A stretch of DNA of 63,679 bases, the filler included. It is 5 parts of 5 records of this genome, joined end to end, with 100 filler letters (N's around TTAATTAATTAA, not from the genome) between each part and the next. Parts side by side here need not be neighbours in the genome. Positions count along the whole stretch, not along the records: positions 48,312 to 58,540 come from SRR2962707_1495; positions 58,641 to 63,679 come from SRR2962707_1618; 3 more parts are not named here. One strand, written 5' to 3'. Both the position numbers and the translations under genes were made by a program. The notes below the pieces were generated by a model that was given only the letters and a program-made list of their open reading frames with translations, was not told where the DNA came from and ran no database searches. Every line of letters starts with the position of its first letter. Positions within the stretch are counted from its first letter, which is position 1. Shown one piece after another: positions 48,470-61,800 of the stretch.

Positions 48470-51400
48470 ATGGATAAAGGCAGCGATGATTTCGATATGC
48501 CGAGTGACTCTGACGAGAGTGCTGCTGCTGAGCCCGCAGCGGGACCGTCGAGTCCTGCGACTCCGCCTTCTCCAGTTTCATCTGCGGCGCGGGAAGTTGA
48601 GTCCACCGACAGCACGCCCGACCCGTTCAGGTTTGAGCACCTGCCGCCAGACGCTCAAGTGTGCACGTTGCAGCGGTATTTGACTGCCAACGCAATTTCA
48701 GACGACAAAACGGCTGGTGAAGGCGCAGCAGCTGCTATCGGATCTGAAGAAGTGCAGCAACTTCTTGAAACAAACCGTGGTAATCTCCACAAGATGGTGT
48801 TTGACTTGGAGCAGCGGCACGGTGGGCGCGTGATGCTGTATGTGCCTTCGGACGAGAGATACATTCGCCGCGCCTCTGCTGTTGGAGCCGTCAAGTGCAT
48901 CGACTTAATTTTCGAGTTTGATACACGCGCGACGATGGGGATCGAGTTCTCTGGGGGCGAGGCCGACCAGCTTGACCAGGCCGATGGTGGTCACGGTCGC
49001 GCCGGCCCGATTGTGGTTGTGCATGTTCGCCCCTCCACACCTGCGAGCCAAATGGCTATCTCTTCCGGAGACATGCTCGTCGCGGTTGATAGTCAACCAG
49101 TAGTTGGTCAAACGCTTGAGGCCATTGCACCGCGCTTGTCAGATCGATCGCGACCGCACCGCACGCTTACACTCCGAAGGTCGTGGGAAGCCCAATTAGA
49201 GTTTGATGGGACGACTCTCGATATGTTCCAGTTCACGTTTCACGAAAGAACGCTCGGCTTGGTTCTCGAGGGTGGCGAACCACTGAGTGACGACAGTGAA
49301 TTGATGGCGTTGTTGAGAGTGCAAAGTATGTTACCTGGGGGTGCGGGAGAGTCCGTCGGAGTCTTGAAAGGTGATATTGTGCTAGCTGTGGAAGATCACA
49401 ACGTATGTGGGTTGTCAATGGACGCTTTTCGAGATCGAATGGTCGACGCAATGAATGCAAATGACCCCGTTGCTTTCCGGGTCGTATTTGGGCGGCCCGC
49501 AAAGCGTCGGTTATCAGAACCAAGGACGACCAGTTCCATCATCAGGTATGCAATTCGATTTGATGCAGACTGTTTGCGCCGTTCCGCTTCTGGTATCGAT
49601 GGACATAGTGACAGCGACAGTGACGACGACCATGAAGTGTCCGAAGACATGCTCGACCCATCGACACCTGCAGGAGCCTGTGCTTTACTGGGGCTGGATT
49701 TGGGCTCTGGGATTCCTAATCAATCTGTACACCATTTTGCGAGACCGACGTATATTCGTCGAACCTACCCAAACTCTGCAGCACGTGCAAAGGGATTATT
49801 GCGCGGAGATGTTGTGGTTCACGTTGCCGGCCGTGAAGTGGAGCATCTGTCAACGCAAGAAGTGCAAGAACTGTTTCAGTTGTCCGTTAAGGAACTGTCC
49901 ACTGGTGTGGCAGTCCAACCGCTAGAAGTGGTTTTTCAGCGAGACCCCACTGGTCGGACAAGTGTTATTCCTGCCCACGAGGTGGACCGCATTGTGGTTG
50001 ACTTTGGTGATTCAGCCCATCTCGGAATTTGCTTTGAGGAAGTCGACGAGCCAGACGGTGCGGATGGACTTGATGGGGTCGTGGGCCCGAGGCTGTTCGT
50101 GGATGAAATCAAAACTGGCAGCTTGGCGATGGAGCGTGGCCTGATAGAGGGTGATTTTCTTGTTGCTGTGAACGGCGCCAGTGTGCGCCGCATGAATGTG
50201 GAAGACCTGGGTCCGCTATTCAAGGCAACACCACAGCGACGACTGGAGTTTGAAAGGCCAGTTCAGCAAGCGCCTGGGGAGACGTTGCCTCGGCTTGTGG
50301 AAGTTGAGTGAGTGTTTTATGCAACTTGATAGGAACCGACTTGTTTCGCTCTGCTCCTTGTAGTAATTTTTCGTTTTGTGCCAGGTTTGAAGCCGGCGTC
50401 GAACTTGGACTGACTTTCACTGGTGGCAACCCAAAACCAGCCGGAAAAGCACTTTCGCATCGCGTTATTCGAGTGAAGAAATGCAAGAAAAAATCTCGAA
50501 GTTTCACAAGTGGCGTTCGCCCAAGTGATGTCCTTGTTTGCATCAACAATGAGGTCATGCTAGGACGGTCGTTGAACACAGCGTAAGTCAAAGCGAGGCT
50601 GGGTGGTCCACACGTTCATGTGTCTTTTGTTTGTTGCTGACTATCGCTGATCTGCGTTGACAGGTACCAAGTTCTTGCAAAGTCGTCGAAGCAGGTGCGG
50701 AATATGGTGTTCCTTCGCGGACGCCTTGGTCGGCCAACTGCCAAGAAGTTTGACTTTGCCGGCGCAGACATCCTTGGGATCGACTTTGAAGAGTACGTCA
50801 GTTGCAACATGAATCCGTTCAGGGTTGTATTGAGAGATTTTTTGGGTTTCTGCACTCTGTGACCACCGAAATTGTCCCTTGATACTAAACCTGACTCCGC
50901 TTGGCCAGGTTTGATGCTCCTTTAGATCGGGGTGGTGAGTATCAGGGCTTACGCGTTGCCGGTTTCAAGGAAGAGTCAGCTGCAAAAGAGAAAGGAGTCC
51001 GAATTGGGGACATTTTGGTCGGAGTGAATCACCACAGGTACTTCGAGAGAAGCATTTTTCATTGCAACGGTGGATATGGATGTTGAGATGCTTTTAGCTG
51101 AATGTGTGCTCAGTTTCGGTGTTTGCTCGTGATCTTCTTGGTCTTTTCAAGCTTGGCATTGTTGGAAGAACGTCATTTGTTTCAAGTGATGGTAAAGACT
51201 GGAGGCAAACCGCGCAAGATGATTTTTTTGAGGTTAGAGCGTGGGGGAGACCCAGGTGATGAGGATAGCGACAGCGATAGCAGCGTGAGCGGAAGCACAA
51301 TTGAGGCTGTTGGGCAAGCGGATGTCGGACCTCCGGGCTCTCCACGAAGAGTTCCTAGCACGATCGTGGGAGGTCGTGATTCCACCGTTGCACCATTGAC

Positions 51401-54400
51401 TTGTTGTGATGCCATGAGGATTGTCACCATTCACAAAAACCACAACGTCAGCATCGATTTTGCTCAAGGGCCGCGAATTCGGGTAATGGACTCATCCGCA
51501 GCATCGAATGATCCCCCTTCGTTGCTGATGTTGGCTTGTGTCATTGTCCAAGGCTCAAGCTCTGTTGCCACTGACTTGCTTCCCAAGTCGGGTGAGCGTG
51601 TTGTGGCAATCGACAACTTGTATCAAGTCGGTCGTAGTGTTGACACGGTGCAAACGACCTTTGACGGGTTGCTCGCGACGACGGCTCAGATCACGCTTGT
51701 GCTTCTCCGCCCCGATCCAACCTCTCGCGTTGGGCTTCCACTCAACGCACCAGTTGAATCTGTCACCAAAGATGAGATGTGGCGTTGCTTCATACCTCCG
51801 GGCTCAAAAGTTGGACTTCAGTTCGGCGGGGGGACGACGTCACATAGTGCTGACGGAGAGATGCAGTACCTGCCTTTGTTCATTACCAGCATCAGTGACG
51901 GCACTGCAGGTGCTAAGCTCGGCCTTCGATTGAATGATATCCTCGTGTCTGTCAACGAAATCAACGTGTACGGCTCGAGTAAGTCGCAGGCCATGATGCA
52001 ATTTGCGAAGTCCACTGGAAAACCACGATCACTTGTGTTTTTCCGGGCTGGAGGAGAGTCAAAGTCGGCGAACGGTGGCACAGCATTGCCTCGAAATGGG
52101 AATGCGGAGACAATCCCAGAAAAAGCTGAGATTCTAGACACAACAAAAACGCATGTGGCACCGACACAGCAAAACATACGCGTGTCGACTGTGGACAGTG
52201 ACTCCTCGGAGGAGGGGAGTACGGCAGTTGACAGTCGGCGCCCCACGCTCCCAGCTCAGTGGGACACAGAGCCAGAGTCAGTCCCCGTTACACCTGCACG
52301 GACAAGTCAGTCATCAAACCTGCAAACCGGCCCGGCACTGACGCCAAACCCTGCTCCACCAGCAGCAACAACAGTGGCAAAAATGACAACCCCAGCTCCG
52401 GACTCTGCGCGGAACCGGCCTTCTTTGCTACCGAGCTTGGAAACTCGGCGTTTGCAGCGTGAAAATGAACTTGAAAAGCTTACCCCAATCCAGCTCCGCC
52501 GACTTGGAAAAGAGTATGGTATTGAGCGTAGTTTGAGTCGAGACGAAGTCATTCGCAAAATCGCCGCTGCTGACGCATCGAAGCAAGCAGCGCGAGTACA
52601 AGTTGGCAGTATTACAGGGGCTGGACAGGCTGTAGATGACAGTAGCAGTATCGCTGATGAAGAAGATGAGCAGTGGGCAATCGAGCAAAAGCTACGTCAG
52701 TTGCGTGAGGAACAGTCCGCGAAATTGCAGCGACTGAGCACACTTACCGGCGAATCTAATAGTGCTGGGAAGGGTGTGGCCGAGTTTGATGACGAGTACG
52801 ACAGCCTCTTGATGATTTTTCGACGTTGTCGATGGCTCGTTTGCGTGTTGTCGTACACTACCGTTGAAACTAACTTGACTGTCGCTGTGTTGGACTGATG
52901 ATAGATACGTTGCCACGCACGGTCCAACAGGGCCAGAAGATGTTCAAAAATGGCAATATCACTCAGGAAATGTCTCGATTTCGGACCTATCGCCTTCAAT
53001 GTGGCGAGAAAAGTGCACCTTTCTTGCCTCACGCAAAAAAATGCAGACAGACTTTGTGCGGGCCCGGCGCGCGTCTGTCAGCCACGGCCAGAATAATCTC
53101 GAACTACTTACTCGCGTGTCGATGAAATTAAGCGAGCAGGCAAAGCACACCAATCAGCTGAAGACTGAGAAGGCACGTCAAGAAGAGCAATACGCTCTGC
53201 GAATGCGGGAATTGGAGGCTCAATTTAAACGGAAACAAGAAGCGCAAGAGCGTTCGATGCAACAGGAAGTTCAGAGTAAACTCAAGGCTATGCAGGAGGA
53301 ACTAGAGCAAGCTCGCCAAGAAAAAGCAAGTTTATTAGCGAAGCAGCACTTTGCAGCTGGGCATCCTGTGCCCGACTCAGATTTGCAATCGCAGGAAAAT
53401 GATGCTGATGCATCACTTGCCAAGTCTGCACCAGTTGTTGTGGATGACATTGGAGATTCACCTCCTGAAACAGATTCAGAAGACGAAAAAGAAGCAGAAC
53501 CAGGGCTTGGGGCGACAGAAGCGAATGATCACGGCGATGAAATAGGTGGCCCTCGTCGAAACTCCGATCCCCAGACAATGCGGGCGACCAAGGTGCAGCT
53601 ACCCGGCTTAGGTGCACGTCCCATTCTCTCAAAAACACTGCACCGCCAAGACAGAGCACCCGTCGATGACCCTGAACAACATTCAGTTGATAATGCCGCC
53701 TTGCCGGAGCCGTCCAATCATATAACGAAGGAATCCGCAGCTGATACTGACAAGGGCGACGCAAGCATTGACGAGGTCGATCAAACAGCCTCTGCTTCAC
53801 CCCCACCTCCAAGCGAGGTGGACAAGAATGCAACAGGGGTTCCGCCACCGTTCATGAGCGACAACGATTCAATCAGCCTGCCAGCACGGTCTGTTGGAGC
53901 GCAAAGAGGAGAGCACAGCGATCATGAGTTCAGTGCCGCAGCAACTCCACGTTCACCACCATCTTTTCAAGAAGAAGAAGAGACTTCAATCGACCAGTCG
54001 CCACCAATTTACGCCTCCAGCGTCGGAACCGCTAACGATGGGGCATCTCTGCCTCCCCCATTCGATTCCGATGTCCCAGACGGGTCTATGACATTAGTAC
54101 CGCCACCAGGATACGCAACTGCCACGAGCCAAAGCGATTCTGAGTGGCTACCACCACCAGCAGGCGGGCCTGAAGAGGCTCAAGAAAATAATTGTGGAGT
54201 GACCGCCAAGGCGCTTGGACCAACTACTCTTGACGAGGGAGTTGACGCCAACGACGACGACCAGAGTGAGGCATCGTCTGATTTCTTCAACGAGAACGAA
54301 TCATTGGACGTAGATGACAAAGATGACAATGGTACTCTCCAAGGTGACGGAAATGGTCATGGTGACACAGTTCGATCACCGAAGCAATCAGTACCTCAGC

Positions 54401-57400
54401 GACACGACCCTCTAGCTGGCAAAATTGAAAGTGTTGTGAAAGAATTGGAGGCATTGTCGCAAATACGCTTCCCACGTCGAGAGCCAACGGATCACAGCCC
54501 GAACAACAGCGGCTACGAGCCCTTTAATTCTGGCGGGATTACTAGTAAAGGCGACCGCGACGACGCGCTTGAACTAGAAGATGTGGACGCGTTGGCGCTC
54601 GAACGACGGGTGTTGTTTGAGATGCAAACAGGTGGTGGAGACCGCCTTCCCGCCGATGCTTCGCGAGATCAGGCCGGCCTTCAGAGCGATACTGTTGATC
54701 CTTATGATCCGGATGAGTATTTTGAGACCCCCTTCAAAGAGCCATCTGCCGATGAAGGCCAGTCTGCTTTGGAGATGTCGAGTGCAGTTGACCCAGCACT
54801 CAGTGAATTGTCTCGGCGCAGCGATGACTTTTTGCAGTCGCTCCTCGATCAAAACCAACGGCATGCCCTTGCGCTTGCTCGAGCGAGTCTCTACCGCGCC
54901 GAGGTTATGGACTCGGGCCGCCGTATCCGAGATGCAGCAGAAGAGGCGCTTGTACCGGTATCTTCATCAGAAGACCAAGACATTGGTGACAAGAAACCTC
55001 AGCCGCTCACTTTAAGTCAACGTAGTGCACCAGCGAAACAAACCCACCACCGAATTGAAAATGGTTCTGGTAATCGGCCGAACAACCCACGTTGGCGGGC
55101 CCAAGATGCAGGTCGGCAGCAAAGACCCCCATCCCAAATGCGTCTGGCAGTTGATCCAAGCCGACGTCATCGCCCAGTGACCCCGTTACGAGAGGAGCCC
55201 GGTTGGTCTCAACCACGTAGCCCCGAACACCGTGAGATAATTCGACGCAGTGCAGATGTGGAAAAAAATTTCAATGCGCTCCTCGAGCACGATGCTGCAG
55301 CAAGAAGTACTTTGGATGCCCTGTGCGCGGATATGGAAAAAATTCTACATCAGCACGCGAGGCGCAGTTCCGATTTTGATGAAGATGGAGGCGCTTCAAG
55401 TCGTAGCAACAACGCATCGCACAGACCAGCGCGTGGTCAGAGTGTCGGTCCGAATTCGAGTGGAAGGATATCTCCAAATGCTTCGCAAGAGAGCAGCGTA
55501 TCACGGCTTCGGAGGAGATTTAGTTCCAAGCAACGCCCACCGAATTCGGCTCATGGAAGAGACACACTCAACGACGCCGCTGAAAATGGCGAAAGTGATT
55601 GGAGCGGTGTTGATGAAGACCATGATGCAGCGTTGGCTTCCCTGGATTTGACGCCAGCCTTTGAGCGACCCCCTCGGACGAGGTCGCCCGAGAAATTTTA
55701 CTCGCGGGAGAAGCGTGAACAATATTTCCCTCGGCGGAAAATCCTGGACTCCGATGACGAGCGAAATGAGCGTGCTGCTGAGGAAAGTCTGCGTGAGCAA
55801 AACATGATTGATGCGTTTAAGAGTATGGCCGCTGACATCGGTGGGGACGAGGCCTGGAAGCAAATGACGGTGGAATTGGAAGGTGCACGGAGATTTTATC
55901 GGCGCAGCGATCCCGAGAAAAATCGCCAAACAACGAGGCTCTCACCAGCAGGACGAAGTAGCCAGGACGATCCTGACAGTGGTGCATCCAGATCTGAACT
56001 TTTCACCATGAATCGGCGTCGCACAGGCGACAATGCCTTTGTCAACTCGCGCTCGCCAAACAGTGGACGACTGCCAATGAATGTAATCCAGAAGGAACCG
56101 CCGAGTTCGAATTTGTCGAGAACTGTGAGCAGTATCTTGGACTGCCTGAATGGTGACCCACTACTTTCGTCACCAGTGCCTGCACCAACCGATGATGAGG
56201 ACGATGATGATGATGGCTTGACTTCGGAAAGCCCTGCGCAGCAACTGGCGCGAGCGCAACAACATGCAGCAGCTTTGGCATCCTCTGCTAGTAACGATTC
56301 ATCTCCGGTGCGTTCCGCGTCGCCTTTTCGATCGAGCTGGCAATTTGGCCGCTCTCAAAGTGACGCTCGTCGTGACATCTTAAATGCAGAAGTTCCTGCT
56401 TCACCCGCGTCAAACACAGAACAACCACGCTTGTTTGGTGACATCGATTCCCGTGAACGACCGTCTGCGCTTCATCGGTCGAAACTTAACAATAGCGCTC
56501 CAGCAATGAAGCCCCAGCAACCCTTCTCGAGCGGCAGTTTTTACGGTGATGATGCTGCAACCCTCAATAGAACGGGTTTGCCAGAGCCATTTGGGGGCGG
56601 TGGTGCTGAGCAAATTTTGTCTGCACTTAATTCGCATCGACCTCTGGCAGGGAATAACGGAAACAATAATGATGATGACGATAGCGATGATGCCGCTGGT
56701 GCCGTTTTCCAACCGCAGCAAACGTTGAAGCAAGCGCACAGTCACTTTGCGCAACATGGGGTAGGGGGTTCTCGTCGAGGTCTGAGCGGCGACCACCATA
56801 CACAGCAGCAACAATATGGAGACGATGACAACGACGGAGAACCTGAGGAACGTTCCGTGGCGGCGGCCATTCGTTCGCTGCAGTCGTTGCAACCCACTTC
56901 CAGAGCAGCTCCTGCTATTTCAACCACACATGCTCCAGTGGTCTCCGTTCCGTCCAAAAGACGCAGGGAGGAGCTCCAATATCCAGCTTCAGAGGGAGAG
57001 CGGTCTGATGCCCAAATACGAGACGGTCAAGGTGTCCAGGAAGCAATTGGCGGAGCTGACCAGCATGATTCCATGGCCAAGTTCCGTGCGCTTCTTCGCA
57101 AAACACGTGAGTCTTCGCGACGTATGAATAAGGGTTCAACCGAATCTGAAAAACCTTCCTCGTCGTTGAATGGAGCGCAGCAGCCATCTGCCACTGAGCA
57201 AGAGATGTCATCATCTGAGCCTGAATGGACCAAACATTTCCACGAGGAGTACGGGGTATATTATTGGCACAACGCCGCAACTGGTTTATCAACATGGGAG
57301 GATCCGAACGGAGACGCTTCAGATGTTGATGCTGAGGCAGCTGTCGGCACGGATCGGGAGGCAGAGGTCGATGCAGATTTCAGCCAAAGGCTGTCTGAGC

Positions 57401-57708
57401 CCGAAGTGCGCCAGCAGGATCCTCCGGCGTCCGGGAGCTGGCAAGACAAACTTAACGATGCCCGACGCCTGAGATCAGCAGGTGCTGCAGCTGAAAGCTC
57501 CAGCCACTTGGCTCGCCCTGGAGATGTGCATCCAGGTTACAAGTTCAATGCCGCCAATACGCGTGAGCCTGGCAGCAGCTCGATTCCACTGCAGTCCCAC
57601 ACAGTGCCTCACAGTCAAGCTGGTCGCAGCTCTTCTTTTGCTTCTGCAATCCGGGCCAGCCAGCAGCGAAATGGAATCCGCCGCACACCATCAAGCTCGC
57701 ACCATTAA
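48470..57708 (+). CDS. Eukaryotic 6-exon gene, ~2,913 aa: 7-8 PDZ domains, coiled coil, long disordered region, C-terminal WW domain
   Basis: Hand-spliced exons 48470-50307, 50385-50582, 50664-50792, 50909-51037, 51152-52795, 52905-57708 (8742 nt, open frame, all introns GT-AG). PDZ signatures LG(L/I)xF...GDxLVAVNG; WW EWTKHFHEEYGVYYWHNAATGLSTWEDP. Confidence 0.78.
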
Positions 57709-57811
57709 GTATCTTTGCTGCCCTTCGGTTGTCTATCTGTCGCGGTAGTTCCGCTTCTGTTCGGTGCATGGTTACACTGTGCCATGAAAAGTGAGCTGTT
57801 GGTATAACTGA

Positions 57812-57823
57812 AATAAATTTATT
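57812..57823. promoter_or_regulatory. Palindromic AATAAATTTATT, candidate bidirectional polyadenylation signal
   Basis: AATAAA on both strands between two convergent eukaryotic genes. Confidence 0.45.
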
Positions 57824-57942
57824 ATCGATTCCTTTTTTTTGGTGTCGTGAAATGGTGCCAAATGGAAACTCATGCCTGCCGCGTTAGGGTGCCTCTTGTT
57901 TTCCGTCACTGAAAAAGGATCGAATTTGAATGGACCTTTTTC

Positions 57943-58281
57943 TTACCGCATTTTCACAATGCGTGGTCTGGTTTCAATGGCGTGTTGGCGGCGTTTTTCG
58001 AGGAAATTCAGTCTCCTGACGGCGGCGCTGCGCATGCGCTCTTCACTTGTTCTGCGTGACGACTGCAACTTTCGCTTTGATGGACCCTTTGGGGGACCGC
58101 TTTTCGCGGTGCGAACGGGTGGTGTTGTCGGAAAATAAAGGCTGCACGAGCCTGGGGCTGCTCCCTGAGTCACTTCGACCTTGGATGTTCCTGAAGGAGC
58201 AGCGTTGCAGTTGGAGGCAACGATGCTGGCTACGGCAGCAAATTCGTCGTTTTCGTCGTTCACGAGGGCGATGTTGGACAT
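57943..58281 (-). CDS. Small eukaryotic hypothetical protein (~112 aa) with a basic helical C-terminus
   Basis: ATG in AAACATGT context after a low-complexity upstream tract; protein-like composition. Confidence 0.5.
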   Translation of the reverse strand: MSNIALVNDENDEFAAVASIVASNCNAAPSGTSKVEVTQGAAPGSCSLYFPTTPPVRTAKSGPPKGPSKRKLQSSRRTSEERMRSAAVRRLNFLEKRRQHAIETRPRIVKMR

Positions 58282-58487
58282 GTTTGCGCGAAAGGTGTTT
58301 GTTGCGTTGGGGGAGCGTCTGGCGCAAAAAAAAAAAACGAAAAACGAAAAAGGTACGAAAGCAAGTTTTTCTTTTTTTAAAATCCTCGAGTACTGGTTGG
58401 TGGTGTCGAGCAGTTTGTTTCGTGTTGTTTTTTTCGAATAGTTGTTTGGTTGCCTTTCCTCAACTGCAAATACAAGGCAACAACAAG

Positions 58488-58540
58488 CACACACACACAC
58501 ACCAGGGCGGTCGGGGTCGGGGTCGGGGGGGGGGGGGGGG
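58488..58540. repeat. (CA)n microsatellite, GGGGTC units and terminal poly-G
   Basis: Read directly; a 16-nt G run ends the contig. Confidence 0.85.
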
Positions 58541-58640
58541 NNNNNNNNNNNNNNNNNNNNNNNNNNNNNNNNNNNNNNNNNNNNTTAATTAATTAANNNN
58601 NNNNNNNNNNNNNNNNNNNNNNNNNNNNNNNNNNNNNNNN
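58541..58640. other. Artificial contig linker
   Basis: 44 N + TTAATTAATTAA + 44 N. Confidence 0.99.
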
Positions 58641-58673
58641 TGTTGTTGTTGTTGTTGCTGTTGTTGTTATTGT
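58641..58673. repeat. (TGT)n microsatellite at contig start
   Basis: tgttgttgttgttgttgctgttgttgttattgt. Confidence 0.85.
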
Positions 58674-58831
58674 CTGGAGTCGACCAGTGCTATCCAATTC
58701 AACCAATAATACGGAAATTGAAAATGGCTCTGGCTTGTGAACACTGATGTGCACGGAGCACACGCAACAACTCGCTCGTTGCAGGCAAATTCGTTTACCT
58801 GCCGGCGATACGCCTTGCAGCTGACGCAAAG

Positions 58832-61800
58832 ATGGACCCACGGCAACGGCTCGCCATGATGGCAGCCCGCCTTGATAGCGACTCTGCTCCCGGGTCTCGT
58901 AAGAAAGTGCATGCGGCAGCAACATCGAGTGGCGTGGCATCTGCTACAATTCGACGTCGCAAGTTAGGCGCCAACAACGGTGGGAAAAAGAAGAAGAAGA
59001 ACGCGAAGAGCAAGAAAAGTGGCGCGGAGGATGAAACTGCGCCCAGTGGCCCGAAAAGTGCCGTTGCTCTTGCGGCGGAGGCAGCGGAGGCTGCCGAGGC
59101 TGAAGCAGCTCGTCTGAACCTGGCGCCCAGGCTCGCAGCAGCTGCTGCGCTCCCAGCCCCGAGCTCAGACGGGTCGCCGACTGACTGGGCAACGCGCGCT
59201 GTGGCATTCGGCACAAATGTGCATCATGAGCTGGGCATGCCCTACTTCAACTCGTCCATGACTGCGAAGCCCAAGCCGGTTGTGCCACTCGATTATGGAA
59301 ACCCGGTGCATGTCGAATGCTCGGCCACGGCGACCTTCTTGGTGCTGGACAACGGTCGCCTGTTGGCTTCGGGAGAGGGGGCTTTGGGCATCAAGGTCCC
59401 GAAGCCTGGGTCGGTGTACGATGGCAGCGACGGGCAACCTCCGCAAGTCGGCACTGTTGAAACTTTCCGCCCCCCTGCAGGTGTTGGTGTTGCTGGAAAG
59501 CCACTCGTGAGATCAACCGCACACAACATCGTGCAGTTTCCTTCAAAAAGTTTGTCGCATTGCCCACGTGTCCTGCAAATTGCTTGCGGTTGGGGCAACC
59601 ACTGCGCAGCTATTGTTCAACAGGTCGACATGGACCCCGCAAAAGCAATGAGTCGCCCCAGTACAAGCAAGAGCCGTGGTGGATTCCATGCCGGCAGCGG
59701 TGCTGGAACCGACGGTACAGGTGGTCGAGACGGCCCAGGTGGTCAACTTTGGACTTGGGGAATGGGCGATCGAGGGCAATTGGGTCATGGACCAAGCGTG
59801 GCTTTTGCGGCGACGCCACGTCGCCTGACATCTCTTGCCACAGCTGATGCGGTGGATGCTGATGCGGCGGATGTGTGTGTTCGTGTTGCATGCGGCGAGT
59901 TGCATACGGTGGTTGTCATGCGCGGCGGGGCAATATTTGCTTTCGGGCACGGTGCCGCGGGACAACTTGGCCTCCCCCATGTCGAGATCATGGACGCTTC
60001 GGTGGATGGAGGACCTGCAGAGGTTGCGGCTGCAGCGGTGGAAGCGGCAGCGGCGGTCGCAGCTGGGCAGGTTCCTGAGCGACCTGTGAGCCGGAATCGT
60101 GGCCGTAGCGTCGGCGGGACAAAAGGTAGCGCTGGCGGGCGAGATCGACTGCGCCAGTGTGCAGCTGTGCCCGTGCGCGTGCCGCTGCGCGCAGGCGAGT
60201 ACAGAAGTGCCTCGCTGCGTGCAGTAGATGTTGCCTGCGGCCTCAACCATACAGCAGTACTCACGAGCGGGGGAACCGTGCACACCTGCGGATGGGGGGA
60301 AGACGGTCGGCTCGGCCATGATGATGAGGATCGCCGATTGGAGCTTTCTCAGGTGAATTTCTGATATGGCCTTCTACTCTCGGACGTAGTGCGGTGAAAA
60401 GCGACTCTTGACTGACCTGTGTGCTGCTGTCCGTTGACCAGGTTGCCATTCGTGGTGGGGGTGATAGCGGCATAACACCGCGCGGGATCGAAATTGCTGC
60501 TGTGGCATGTGGGGGTGCCTTCTGTTTGGCACTGGACTACGACGGCCGAGTTTTTTCCTGGGGTAGCAATACGTTTGGCCAGCTCGGTCGCCGAACACCC
60601 ACACCGAAGGGAACACCTGCCACCATTGACGAAATTACAGGGGTTGTCACTCCAGCGCAACCCGCGGGAAAGCCACTCAATTGGCGCCCAGGTCTCGTAC
60701 GTGGACTTGCAGACGACGGGCAAAGGGTCGAAACCATTGCGTGTGGTTTCGCCCATTGCTTGGCTTTGGTCCTTCGTGAAAATCGAGGTAGCGGCGGAAA
60801 CAGTCGCGCTTTGCTCGTGTGGGGCTGGGGCGAGGAAGGCCAACTGGGCCTGGGCACAGAAATGAATTGTGCCAATCCTACCGAGCTGCGGCTGGTGAAG
60901 AATAAGCAGCAGAGCTCACAAGAGAGCAATGCGACAGTGATTGCGCCGCTGCAATTCGCAGCGGGGCGAAGCCATTCTGTGGTGCTTATTGGCAGGCGCA
61001 AGGCCGACGTTGCTGACGATGAAGATGGGGATGCCTTGCTTCGAGGGCTCCAAGCCAAGGCAATGGAGGAAACGAAGGCAGCTGTGGTTGAGGCAGAGAT
61101 TGCCCGCGTTAAAGCGGAAGAGGTTGCAGAAGCAGCGCGGAAGAAAGTTGAGGAAGAGGTGCGTTGTGTGTGACAGGCTTTGTTGTGTTTGAAGGTGGTC
61201 TCGTCCGCCATGCGCTCAATTTTTAGCGATCTGGTTCAGGTGGAGGCCGAGCGCCAAGAAGAAGAGCGCCAGGAGCGTGAACTCATGGAGGAGGCGATCA
61301 GGCGAACTGAAGAGGCGCGCAAAGCTCGGGAGGAGGCTGAAGCAAAAGCTGCAGCCCAGCTTCGACTCGAAATGGCGGCAAAAGTGGAAGCTGCAACTCG
61401 CAAAGCGCGAGAGCAGCTGCTGAAACGCGAAGAGGAGGCTGAAAAACTTGCTGCTCAGATTGCGTTTGAAGCGGAGGCCGCCAGGCGCTTGGAAGAACGT
61501 GTCAAGGCGGCGATGAAGAAACGGGAAGAGAAATTAGCTCGAGAGGCAGACGAGAAGCGGCGAGCAGATGCAGCAGCGAAAGCAGAAGCAGAACGGAGAT
61601 CAGCGGAGGAAGCTGAAAACCAGCGGATAGCAGAAGCAGAGGCGGCAGCTAAGGCAGCAGCGGAGCAAAAGGCAGCAGAAGAAGCACGCTTGGCCCAGGA
61701 AGCACAGGAAAAGAAACGTGCGGAGGAAGCCGCGCTAAAATTGAAGGTTAGCAGCTGCAGCACCATTTTTCTGCAGTGCGTTGTGTAGAGCTTGCATCTG

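Noticed and set aside
48212-48500. Bacterium-to-eukaryote horizontal transfer junction
   Set aside because: The sequences are separated by an artificial linker, so there is no physical continuity.
58506-58540. Telomere or G-quadruplex element
   Set aside because: Only two or three GGGGTC units decaying into poly-G at a contig end, typical of low-quality or two-colour sequencing tails.
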